From Saccostrea echinata (lineage: Eukaryota): a stretch of DNA of 64,000 nucleotides. The number at the start of each line of letters is the position of its first letter. Within the stretch, counting starts at the first letter, position 1. Where the stretch lies: positions 4,340,001-4,404,000 of the forward strand of contig NW_026889764.1 in the NCBI RefSeq assembly GCF_033153115.1, read 5' to 3'. Below are positions 25,338-38,800 of this stretch, piece by piece. Below the pieces are notes generated by a model. It saw only the letters and a program-made list of their open reading frames with translations. It had not been told where the DNA came from and ran no database searches. The position numbers and the translations under genes were made by a program.

Positions 25338-28113
25338 TTAACATAACAGTACCCTTTACAGGCTTATTTATGTTGGTGAAATCAAAGGTTCACTTAACAA
25401 AGGAATATCGGAACATAGATTTCAAATTAACAACGGGGACCAGCAGCTTCTATATACAAGCATTTTAAGGAAGAGATTGCAAGGGTCCATGAAAAAAATC
25501 CGCTCTATGAATTTTTCTCATTTTTACATATAATTTGCCTTACGTTAATGGTATCATAATATGAAAATGTCAACCAAGGTCATCAGGGTTATAAGAAAGA
25601 TATGGTTGCCATGGTAACCACCGTTTTTCAATATTTTGATATTTATGTAGTGGAATTTTAAGTATGCCATACAGGTATCAAAATTGAAACAAATTAAATA
25701 ATTTTCACCAGATATTAAATAATATGCTTTATATTCATTGAAAATAAAAATTGTATCGGAAACTATTGATAGATGTAGGAATGCCACAGTTGCTTTGGGG
25801 AGTAGTCATTGTAAATTTGCAGTAATATTTTCACCCCAAGAGCAGTTTTCAACGTCTTGAAAAAAAATTGCCCAATGAATTTTCCTAAAATTAATATATT
25901 TTGTAACAATTATTATAAGTGACTTATGGTTAAAATATGAAGTGGGGTCATCACATTCTTTTTTAAGCTACATGCATTTCAATACCCCCCCCTTCCTAAA
26001 ATATTAAAAGATTTCATAAATTTTAATCTGATGGTTTGTTGCTGAACGTTTAATATGCATAATCTGTTAAAAAAAACTATAGAAAATACGTATAGATTAA
26101 TAAATATTTTTTTTCTGAAATCTTGTGGTGGTTGCTCATTTTATACGTAGAGCAGAATGATAAAAGTATCATGTACCACCTGATACGAACAGAAAGTACA
26201 CAAAAAGCAATATGCATATTTTTTTTTTTAATTTTCCCATCTCCAAAATATTCATTCCGTTATCATATCAATATAGATATAATTATACATTCTAAACCAG
26301 TGCACAGTGGTCCAAGGGCCAAATTGTTCATGCTCTGAACACTCATCGAGTTCTCTGCACTGTGACTTGGAATCGGAAGGGGGGGGGGGGACACATTGAA
26401 TGAATAGCTTATTTCAGAGAACTTGTACCTGCAATATATACCGTATATAAAAATCCTAGCTATTATCTTATTTGACAGATTTTAGTGATTTGCTATTTAA
26501 TATTTACATTAAATTTTGCAAATATTTTTCCTTCAGATTCATTGCAAATTAGAAAACAATTCATTTTCTCATGAACTAGGTAAGCCTACACATATCTCCA
26601 TTGTGACGTCATAATGCCACACTTGACGTCAAAACTATCATGCAAACTGTTTTGTTTCAAAAATAATCGCGTTGAATGACATTTATAAAGTGCTTCATGC
26701 TCACGCGGTTCATGAAATATGCTGAGGTGAAGCGTCTTTGTTCATGTCCTCCTGAATTTTAAAAAATTGAATTCATTTTTCAAATATATTCCCGTGAGCA
26801 TGATGAGTTGAAATGTTTTTTTTAAATGTAACGTTATGTGCTCAAAATAATTTTCTCTCTCTGGTATACCTGGTACCTCCGTAGTACCTCGATTGTCAGA
26901 ATTAACTTCTCTTAGTTTCGTCTGTTATTCTTACACGCGTATTTTTTGCTAGATTTGTGAAGAAACTTTTCTTTTCTGTCAGAAGAAGTGTGTTTAAGTT
27001 TCAATTTTTTACCAAATACGACGCATAAAACATTTTACCACAACAAATGCTTCCGCAATATATGCGTCGACGATTCATTGTTTACATGGTCGATGTAAGA
27101 GTTGAAAATGCTAGAGATCTTACTGAGGAAAACAATTTCCTCTGCGATATTTTTAAAAATACGTTCATGTCAAGCATGCGACCTCAAACTGGTCTATACA
27201 CGTATACTAGTATATGAAAATCGCATACGTTTATCTGTTCATCCATATAGGCCTATATTCATTATTTTCACTTATAGAAAATCACGCTGTCTGAAGCTTC
27301 TAGGAAATGAATATCTATTCATAGATGTAGATCCTATAGTAAAGAAACCGATTTCAAATAAAATTCTAATATCTTAAATAAAACTAGAGGACATAAAGAG
27401 CCAGACATGAATTAAATTTATTCATGAAATAGATTTCAGTGTTCAGAACTACGGCAAAAGGTAGACATGTTGAAAGAAAAAAAAACCACAGGGATAAAAA
27501 AAAAAAAAAATTGCGTCGACGCTCACAAGCACTCTGCAAAATCACATCTTTATCTTATAATTATTCTTTCTCTGTTTTAAGAATATTGCCACGAAGATCT
27601 TTTGTCATGGGCGTAATCATAATCACGCTCCTTATTCAGCTGTTATTCCGGAAATGGTTACCGTTAATCTTCTTTTTTTAACCATCACATGAGTCGATCA
27701 CGTGACGCCTTGCAATCGCTTCCTTAATTTACCTGATCATTCCATTATCTTGTGAATGAAAGTTAGAATTCTAGAAAAGATTTATCATCATACTAATAGC
27801 CCATCACTGAGTATACCTTTTCATATACAACGAGAAGAATATTGGATAAGAAAACTAGGCATGGTCTTTCCATCTGGTAGCAATGACAATATCGATAGTG
27901 AAGGAATCTTTCAAGCTCACTGTATAGCAATGTGAATGTGATGGGACCTTTTAACAGAACACAGACACGAAAGCGAAGTCTGGACATCGGTCTTACAATA
28001 AACGTATTATAGACGATGCCTTTGTTTCACAACTACCTTATGTAAATTAACAGTTAAGCCTTCATCGCATTCGCATAAAATTTTACTCTGTCCCTTTTAA
28101 GTTTTAAATAGTC

Positions 28114-28598
28114 TTTTTGTAAAAGTCAAGGAAAGTCCATATTTTGATTCTGTATAGTGTTGGGGAGGTCCGTCCGTCCGTCTGTCAGTTATGCTTTGGG
28201 GTACACATCTCGTTTCCGCAACTCCTCTTATACAACTGAATAAAAATTAATGAGACTATCACAGAATCTTTGTTACATAGTGCCATTGTGCACCTCTTAT
28301 TTTACTTTTTGATCGGACACAAAATTCGGGTTTCCAATGGCACAGCACTGAACCTGCCATTCTTTCGTTAATATTGAGGGGTACCAATCTCTTATCCGCA
28401 ACCACTCCTATACCACTGAATAGAATTTAATGATACTTTCACAGAATCTTACATACTGCCATCGTGCACCTTCTATTTTATCTTTTGATCGGACACTGAC
28501 TGCGGGACTCCCATAGCAAAACATGGACTTTGACATTATAAACATATGGGAGGCTGGAGTATTATTCTGTGAGCTAAGTACTCACAGTACCTCTTGTT
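28114..28598 (+). mobile_element. Short HINE/Helentron-like element
   Basis: (GTCC)n microsatellite near the 5' end, two ~180-bp internal direct repeats, and a 3' hairpin CTGTGAG..CTCACAG followed by CTCTTGTT. Confidence 0.65.
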
Positions 28599-30360
28599 TC
28601 TTTTTGTTCTTTTTGTAACCGTAATATGCAACATTTTTAATAGACAACTTTGTTTGCATCTGATTTGTCGAAATTACTCTGCCAAGCAATCATGTTTAGT
28701 TTACTTTGCCTGATCAAAAATAAAAATGGCAATAGATATATATAACAAAATATTAAAAATTCTTCTCGAGATTGAGAGTTTTAAGAGAGCAAAATTCTCA
28801 AGATAGAGAGTAAAATGCGAAAGTCGAGTTAATATGTGGTACTTGTGTTGATAAAGTAACACATTGTTATCGACCTAAATCAATGTACATAATGACTTGA
28901 ATTTCTTCTTGCTGAATACTTCTTTTACTTTGCCTAAACATATACCTGTGAAGTTGTACAGTGTATTTGATTTTGTGATCAATAGTTACATTTTCCTGAC
29001 TAATTCAAATTTCAAAGGCTAAATCCTCAAGTGATCAGCATATAAAATATAGCTTTTAAAAGGGAGAATTAAAAAAAAGATTCAATGGGTGCCGAAATAG
29101 GAGTTTTAAAGATGTTCTTTCTTGAGAGTTTTAATGTACTTGATATCTGATTGAGATTTCACTTCAACTCATTCGTTCAGCACAAAAAAGGAGATATGAG
29201 GTAACTGGAAGTGGTGAAATATTTGTTCATTTTCACTTTTATCTCCAGCACTGGCAAGTTCGACCTCGATCTAAGCTTAATTTTGGGAAAAAATCTTTTC
29301 AAAGATTAAACCTACCTTTAGGATATCTTGTCTATAACACTTAGTTCCTGCAGAATTAAAATCTGTTTTGTTCTGCCATCTTTGGTTGATTTTTTTTTTT
29401 TTGAGATTATTACCACTTCAAGTAACAGCAATGTACTTAAGTTATTAACATGAGAAGATCTCTTTATAGGTATACCATAGTTTAAGACCTGTTCATAAAT
29501 TTCTAGTTAGACCTTTGCACATTGTTATCCTATCTATTTACTGGTCTTATCTGTTCAAAAATTTAATGTACTCAAGAAAAAATATCCTATTCCTACAGAT
29601 CTCTAGGACAATTTACTCAAAATAAGAACTTTTTTAAGGGCTATTAATTTTCACCCAATGTAAGAGGTTGTATTTCTGTCATCTAAATGTATACAGAAAA
29701 AAAATGTTTCACTATTTATTATGGTTTCCTATCGTTTTTGATACTTCTTTCGTGCTAGTATCATGCATTATATCTTAAGTTTCAACCGCATTCTTTCAGA
29801 AACTTTTCTGCTTTCATCTGAGTTGAATTATTTTGCTTGGTTAGTATTTCCTCGTGTAAAGCTAATCCTAAAATTTCATCAGCTTTATACCTAGAGCCAG
29901 ATATTTGAAAATTAATTAATTGTAAGTGCATCGAAAATAATCAACACAAATTAAGAAAGAGTGAATCAAACGTATCGTAAACTCGAACAAAATTAGTTAA
30001 AGTGAGCAGAAAATTATGATCTCAGGACAAGATTGATATACTCTGCATTATTAAATGTATACGTACGTCAATAAACAACATCAATAATTCAAGTCTCCGT
30101 AGAGCGCTGATGCAGACAGATTATCTAGTCTCCGAAGGGAGGCCAGGTGTGCTGTTCAGGCGTTCTCGGGAGTTATCGATCGAAAAGTTTCTGGATTGAA
30201 GTGTGTTGCACTGACGATTAAAATATCTGGACCTTCAAGGGGATGACAGAAAGCAAGCCGAGGATAATGATATCGATGATGTGAAGACAGTGTTTTCTTA
30301 AAGAACCATAAACCCTCTACGAATATGGCTCGTATGGATAAAATACTTGCTAATTAAAAA

Positions 30361-30662
30361 ATGGATATCCAAAAAAGCACTCCGGTCATGGACACAGCAC
30401 AAACGACCTTTGACCCTCGAATAACAGAGGAACTGGACAGTAAGCCTCACTTCCGGTCTCTTTGGCGGGAAAATTGGGTGTCGGTTTTGACAGATTGTCT
30501 GGTGTTTGGAAGTTTCGGAATGGGTGTGGCAATACTTGGACCTACATTGTTTGACCTTGGGTGTCAGACAAGCGCCAGTTTACGGGAGCTTCAATGGGTT
30601 TTCTTTGTACAGCTTCTCTTAACCTTAGTGGGCTCAGTTTCAGCCGGGTGTCTCGCACAACG
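30361..30662 (+). CDS. MFSD4A: MFSD4A-like coding exon 1
   Basis: ATG preceded by an in-frame TAA (30355). Ends CG|GTATGT, phase 2. Confidence 0.92.
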
Positions 30663-32773
30663 GTATGTTTTTTAAATTATTTTTTTAAATATTTCTTTCA
30701 GGTATATATATGAGACTGTCATTAATGTATTTGTTTTCGATGAACACAAACCTACCAAATCGATTGTCAGCTGCTGGGAACAGAAAATGTGTCAGAAATG
30801 TATCTATGTAGTAGATTAATTGTTATTCATTTAACTCATAGCTTTATTTCTGTCGCCATGATTTCGACAAGTTAGAATTATTAAGAAAAAAAGCTTTTAC
30901 GTCAAAAAAGGTGAGCAATATGAAAACCAATTTCTGATTTGGCCTTAAAACTTTATTTTATACGAAACATATCAAAAGTAGAAAAATATAGTACTGTTTG
31001 GAATTTTTAATAGCTTTGTTAAAATTAGAGAACAAAAAGAAAGAAATATTTTGTTGATTCATACAATTATATAAATATTTTACATCATGTATTCAAACAT
31101 GCATGAGGCATTAACAAGGGAGCGCTATGAACACACAAAAAGAGTGTGTTGGCAAGATATTAGCAAATCAACGGTTTTGTTAATATTTTACAATCATAAG
31201 TTTTATGGAGTATCAACTGCAACAGATAGTTTAATAATTTCTAGATCTCGTGCTCAAGTAATTTTGTCTTGACACTGTGTGCAAGATTATAAGATCTAGC
31301 TATCAATGTGTAACTCGAATATAGCAATGTTATTACAACAAACAAGTAACTTAATAGACATTGATTTTTTAATTCTTTTTTTCTGCATAAACCTCCAACA
31401 CCTTAATGACGATGATAAGGCAAAAAGACAGCCGCTCTGCAAGTTTCAGTAACGGTCTGTTTTATATGGAAAATAGTTTGGAAAAGACACTGCCATATTT
31501 GTTTTCAAAGTTTATATATTTGTATCTAATCAATGAATGCATGATGTCGAATAGAAATGAGGGATAGGAGGATATTAATTCTGGTGATTTTGACAAAAGC
31601 CAATCACAGATGTCTATCTCTATCCATCAGCTATAACCAGATATAACACTGACTGTAAGCTTCTGTAATGAATTGGAGAAATATCATCCTAATTGTCTTG
31701 CTGTACATCAAAGCAACAAACAGCATTATTAATCATGTACATGTTTAATACTAATCTCATAGTGGCCATAATGCCTTATTACCGATAGTGTTGAATCATT
31801 TCAAAAATTACCAACGGAAGGAGTTTTACTTATTGAAATGGCACTAAAGATAATTGAGAATCTAAAATTAATCTCTCTCATTTTCTCTCCCTCTCTTTCT
31901 CTCTCTTTCTCTACATTTCTCTGCTTTTGCAAACACTTATAGAATTTTCCTATAGAACAGTTAATGAAAATGACCCCCTCCTGCTGCATACAAACGTACA
32001 GTGTGAATCTATACTTGGTTTTATGTAGGTAATGATAGTTTTTAAATCATTTTTCAGGACACGTCTGTACTGTGTTAATTTTATTTTACTATCGTGTTAA
32101 AGATTTCGTTGAATGATCAAAGAGTTAGTTGAAATCATAAAAGCAGCTTTATACTTAGGATTCATTGTACAAATAATCGTTAAGACCAAGTCATACTACA
32201 TGCGTAATTATCTCTCGGAAGGGGGAAATCGTGTTTGTTATTAGAATTATAATAAAGACCGACAAGGAAACAAAATTTGTCTTTAAATTTTATCATCGTG
32301 TTTCAGTGAGAGTAAGTTTGTCATCTGATTTTGAAAGAAAGTTAATCAGATTTGTTATTGAGTTCAGTGTAAAAAAAAATGTCTACACTAACTATATTTC
32401 TGAACTGAACGCGAATTTTGTTGTGCAGCAGATCTAATCCATGAGAATGCATATGTGCAATGTTTACACTGAGTATTATCATAATTACTAGTAGCCAAGA
32501 AATGGCAAAGCTGACTGCGTGGCTCTGTAATAAATTGGTGCAATATCCCGTGATTGATTTGCTGAGCATGAAAGACCCAAACAGTAATATTAATTGTGTA
32601 CACATTTCTTACTTATTGTGGACTTGAAAATTAATATAATAATTAATAGTAAATGGAAAAATTCTAATTGCTGATAGAACTGAACATTTAGAAATTACCA
32701 AGCAACGTACCTTTTTTTGAAATTGCATTAAAGATGATTTAAGTATTTGTAATATTTATAAATGCAATAATTG

Positions 32774-32820
<47 letters not shown>

Positions 32821-35800
32821 GAAATGAACCTCATTATATATATACAGAGCTTATGTAAAAACATAGATAGATAAATAATAAAAATAAAGAAAACTTCCTT
32901 TACATTGTATCATTTTTCCTAATTTTTAAAGACACCCTAACAAAAAAATACTAAAATAGTTAACTGAAAACTTTGATTTACTATAGTGATAACTTTGACA
33001 CTTTGATTTACTATAGTGATGATTTACTATAGTGATATCTTTGACACTTTGATTAACTATTGTGATAACTATGAAAACTTTGATTTACTACAGTGATCAC
33101 TATGAAAACTTTGATTTACTATACTGATAACTTTGACACTTTGATTTACTATAGTGATCACTATGACACTATAGTGATCACTTTGAAAACTTTGATTTAC
33201 TATAGTGATAACTTTTACACTTTGATTTACTATAGTTAACTATAGCATTTTTTTTTTGTTAGGGAAATTCAGAAGGGTAATAAAAAGTTAAAGTTCCGTA
33301 CGAATTTTGTATAGTTTGATCACATTTCTGCAATTTTGATTCAGAATGCGAAATTCTAATACTCTAGCGACAGCTTTAATCTATAAGAAAGAATACCTTC
33401 AAAGTTAAGCTAATTTTTGAAAGAATTCAAAATTGGAAAAACATACATTTTAGTTAAATGTGCAGTATATATTTACATATATCCTTCAAGATTATAAGGT
33501 CTTTTCCAAAATAAAAAAAAGTGCTCAGAAAGTATCAACTAGCCTGTTCTAAAGCAAGATTACTAATTCTATAAGTAAGTCCTAAGGAAATGAATGCCTT
33601 GCCTTGAGGGGTACATTTGTATTGCAAAATCTAGACATGTAAGGGTAACATTCGGAATTCGAATTCTTTTCGCCATAATCAAAAACGTGAATAAAATGCA
33701 AAAATAAGGAAAGCGAGTAGAGAATACTACAAATACTGAAGTAGTGAATACCATCATGGGTCTGCCTATGAAGGGTGGTTAAATTACGTTGAGTGGTCTC
33801 TTTGAACGGAGCTATAATCGAAAAGTATTGAAGAGGGACAAATAAAAAGACGGAATGATATGACGGTCAACTATAAATGCCCCAACCATAAACAAAAATA
33901 ATGCTAGGAAATTTGAGTTTGATATTTATATTTGTTCTTTTCGTTACAGTATTTTATTGATTTGCAATGTTTATAGTAGGGGAAAAATAGTATATAGTTG
34001 TCTGTCATTGCAATCTAAAACTGAAGATAATTAATGAACAGTGACCAATCTCATAAATTTGGTACATTGTAAGCAAAAGGAATCATGAAAGGAGCAAAAA
34101 ACACCGACTATTGGAAACAAAAGAGGTGGGATCAGGAGCCCAGTAGGAGTAAACATCTTTTGTTGACCGGTCACACCGACCGCGAGCCATATGTATTGGT
34201 CAGGTATACAGAGTACTCCGAGGTCAAATTTAGTTTAAAAGCATAATAAATCAAACATGTCAGGTGAATACGACCAACTATAGGTTGTTGTTTTTGAAAC
34301 AAGGTCATTTTAACGACTGTAGAATTTGCTAAAATTCTGTGCTTTAAACGGGATTGAAGAAATCTATGTTACAGCAACTTATTTGTCAGCAGTTTGCCTC
34401 GGTTTTAAAAATTGATCGTTTGCCCTTGCGTATCGAATCAGTTGGGAGACATAAACACCATATGCATGTGATGTATGGATATTAATACATAAATAAGGGA
34501 AGTTAAAGATGGAGAAGCTGAAGTCATCCCGTTTGTCACATATGTTAGTTAGTAGTTGCACGAAAAGATTTCAATTTTAGCTTCATGTCTAAAAATGAAG
34601 CTAAAATTGAAATCTTTTGAAACAATTTGAATTTCAAGCATTTCAATTTTATTCAAGGTTCTTTGAAGTCTAAGAAACGGTATTGTAAAAAGCTGACATT
34701 TGTACCCCATAAAAGTACAAAAAAAAAAAAAAAATACAATTTTAAGTCGCCCGCGTGGCGCAGTGGTTAGAGCGTCTGCTCTAGAGTCGCGAAGTAAGGA
34801 GTTCATCCTTACGTCGCGGGTTCGAATCCCACTGTGGGACGTGGAGACCGGTCCTTCGGATGAGACCTATAAACCGAGGTCCCGTGTCGCAGTAGGTGCT
34901 GGCACGAAAAAGATCCCTCACTGCTCAATGGCCGTAAGTGCCGAGCATAGGACAAAATTTGCAGCTCTCCACCGGCAAGTGGTGGCGTCTCCATATGAGT
35001 GAAAAATTCTCGAGAGGGACGTTAAACAACATACAAACAAATACAATTTTAAAGAAATCAAATTTCCTTTACTTTAACCTTAGATACCAATGTTTGTTGA
35101 TTTGGAAATAGAAGTGATGTAGATGTATGATGTCTTACAATGATAACACAAGTTTTTTATACTAGGTATTATATAAGAATTAAAGTAAATAAAAGAGCTG
35201 AAGTACCGTATAAGTATACAAAATGCAATAATCTCCAAATGCCTGGATACCTATTAGTTTTCTAATCCTACAATATATTTGTTGGTCAATTTTCAAGTAG
35301 AAAATGAATAGTTGTTGCTTTCATTCGCGTTTCCTGAAAATATATTTGAGATTTAATAATTTTCCCTATATAATATTGTTAACTATAATTATGAAGAAAT
35401 ACATGGGTAAACACACATTACTTTCAGAATTCAGATACATTTTTGGGAAATTTTCAGTAACTCCTGATTTCCAGAACCTAAGGATCGGACTACCTTAATA
35501 AAAATGAGAAAACTCATGAATCAACCAACTTTGTGACCTTCCTGTAGCCCCTGACTATGCAATCACTATGCTCATTTTACTACAAGGATGAACAAAGCTT
35601 TTTCATCAATAAGCATTGAACCATTATCAGAGATGCCTCCCAAAAAGGGGCCAGAAAATGGTCTTAGTCTTGTCCTTTCATGTTAAAAAGATTTAAACAA
35701 TCATAATACATTTAAATTAACTTTTTGAAAGCTGTCGGGTGTAAAATTAATGACATTTGGAGAAAGGAAAAGATTCTTGTAATTAATGTAGAACTGAAAG

Positions 35801-38800
35801 GCAGTTCATCTATTGCAGCTTTAAAATGTCAAAAGTTACAATATAATTGGTTCAATTCATTACCATTGCGTAATACAGGATATACAAATAGGATTTCATC
35901 ATTGGGAAAAAGTCTGTTTATTATCCACAAAGGAATTGTCATTCAGAGCACGTCATACTCATCAGGCGGGGAACTTCTAGTCATTACTGAGTCTACATCT
36001 TCGCTGTCTATGGATAGACAAGAATTAACCCCTCTGTAAGCTAATGGAGAAATTTATACAGTTCGCAGATGAAAATAGGGAATTTATATCTGAATTTTGC
36101 CCACGAATCCCCCATGAGACATGTATCCAATCTCATGTATTTTAGATCAAAAACAGAAGGCGGAAGAATCTATAAAAGTCAATGTCAGCGAAAAGAACAA
36201 TCGACAAGAAACAAAGAAAGAATTGGTCTGTATGTTTCGGGCTTTTAGTATATTGTAACATCAAACACTGTGATATAGCCTCAGATAAGACTGCAATGGA
36301 CCGGGTCAAAGTCATTATCATTAATAAAAGAACAACTGTTAATTAAGCAGCAACTGGAAAGCTAACTTCAAAACAGAAAACCGGATGAACGACAATGTAG
36401 TTCCGTAATATCTCATGGTTGTACAGAGTGACATAATTCATCGTTTACTTTCATTTCATTAAGTACAGCAGCCTTATCAAGTTAAATGCAAAAGTTGTCA
36501 GACTGTTTCGGGTCTAGAGCATGTATCATATACGTATTGCTGTTAGATCTGCGCGGGTACTACTAGTAAGGCTATGGCTCAGCAAATTATTTTTGAACTG
36601 CGTCCTATAGGAAATAGCTATAAATCAAAGACTGTACTTCATGAGAAAATGGTATTGAAATTGAGTACCATTATGGTATGTCCAGCACTTCAAGAATGTA
36701 GAAAAATTGTATATCCCATCAACATCATTATGTGATTCGACCAAGTGCTTTCAGTGTTTAAATAATATTTTCATGTAAAAAGGTATCGGTTATCAATATA
36801 TAATTACCCTTCAAGGTTGATAAAAATTGTACACTTTTGCCTTATGTATTTATTGTGACATTGTATTTGTTTTTTCTCTATGTCGTTTATGCAATGTGAG
36901 AAAAAATTGAAGTGTAATTGAATATGAAATTGGGGGCAAACTTAATGTAGCATAATTAAAAGACCTGTTAGAAAGAAGGATAACTATATATTTAAAAAAT
37001 AGTTTAGTAAATGGATGCATAATTTGGACCAATCCTCATGCATTATACACCTGAAATGCCAAAGGCATTGAGATATGTGGTCGTTTGTAAGGCATCATCA
37101 TTTGAATGCTATCTTCTCACTATGACCTTGGACCTAAGAAACAAAACCGAACATTACCAAACTTAGACAAATTTGAAAATACTGCTTTTAAAAACTGAAT
37201 TGAACATGTACGCGAGTACCAGGCTTAAGCATAGTTAGATCAACAGAAACTCTAATATTATATGATACCGGGAACATTGCTTTCAGATTCTAATCTATAT
37301 ACTTTCGTCTTTATTGTGTGATACTCACAATTGTTTAGTATTATCTGAACTTTTCTGAAATGATTAGCATTGCTTTAACCTGGGTATAGTATGCCCCCAA
37401 ACTCGACAATCTTTCAACATCACCAGCCACATTTGTTAATTACGATGTTTTGTCCTGAATAATATACCGAGCTCAATGATCTTGGAATTGCATTCTTACG
37501 GATAATGCGAAGTTTACGTTTAAACCAATGAAATAAAAATTGGTTGTTTATTCAAAATACATTCATTAGAAATTGTATAATGTTAAGAGGAGGTTAAATT
37601 GGCCCATAAACATTTGACGGCGAGCATTTTGCTGAATCAAACAAGACAGAGATTATTTTTCTTTTTCAATTTCTTTTTTTTAATTGTTAATTTAAACAAA
37701 AAGGAAAAGTGTTAGCTTCTAACAAATTTATTCGATTTGTAATATTGACAAATTGCAATTACACTAATTAAATAATATAAAATTTCTTTTCTACTGGAAG
37801 AAGTTTTGCTGTTTTTTTTTCTTTTGATTTTGCCGGTTTAGGCATATGATGCAAATATTGTCCATTTATCCTGTGGTCATAATGGTTATATTTGAATTTC
37901 GTGAACTCGACATAAACTGACCATGTTAACAATCGATATGTATTCACCTCAAGGGAGTGTTTTAGTATCCTATGCCCTGTTGCCCATTTAATCAAAACTT
38001 TTATAGGCGTCAGCCCAGATTTTTCCACAAATTGTTCATAAAACCGAGGTCATTTAGAAGATCATATATGTATCATATGGCGTAAAGAGAGCTTACCGGT
38101 CATCAATCATTCATATTGTTAGACTGCGGTGTTATGAAATCCATAGCATGCCAAACAATGTATACTGCATAGGAATAATGGATGAGGGGAATTTTAAATA
38201 ACATTGTTTTTTAAAAAAAAAATACAGGAAAACACAACTTTAAGAACATAGCTTTCTGAATGCATATAAATTCAATTAATATTATTTTATAAAATTCATT
38301 AGATTGTGAACGTAAATATTTATTTTTTACCTGTTACGGTTTATTATTATTAACTTAAAGATAAAAAATGCATTGATATAGTTGATATGCCGTTATTTCT
38401 GACCTGATCACATTTGAATTTTGTTTTGCAAATTTAAAAGGTCGAAATAAATAAATAATAAGAAAAAACAGCATTTTGCCATCATTTCCTATGAAGTTAT
38501 TCAAAATCTTACTGCAATATCTAAACTCATTCTACCTCCTATAAAATAAAAAGTGCATTTATTTGAAACAGGGAAATCCATTTTCCGGAGGAACTTAGGG
38601 CAATTAATTTTTTATTTAAGCAATTGTTGATAAACACTCTTGATTTTAAGTACAATGAATTTTTTGGAACATGTAGTGAAGTCACTCAACAAATCAAGAC
38701 CTTCAAAATTTTTTTTTTTTAAATACAGGTTGATTATCCTGTAAAAAAAATTATTATATTTAAGATGTCAGAAATTTGTAAGATTCATGCAATCACAAGA

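Noticed and set aside
32975-33240. Regular short repeats suggesting a CRISPR array (also 49400-50546)
   Set aside because: Head-to-tail tandem units with no unique spacers, no cas genes, and a eukaryotic intronic context.
34746-34840. tRNA gene-like sequences (also 63080-63152, 53060-53147, 61145-61219)
   Set aside because: They continue into a SINE body and tail with TSDs, and their acceptor/anticodon stems pair poorly. They are SINE heads, not tRNA genes.
34700-35002. Repeated ORFs such as ALESRSKE../METPP.AGG (also 52829-53243, 61099-61287, 63030-63302)
   Set aside because: Spurious translations of SINE copies.
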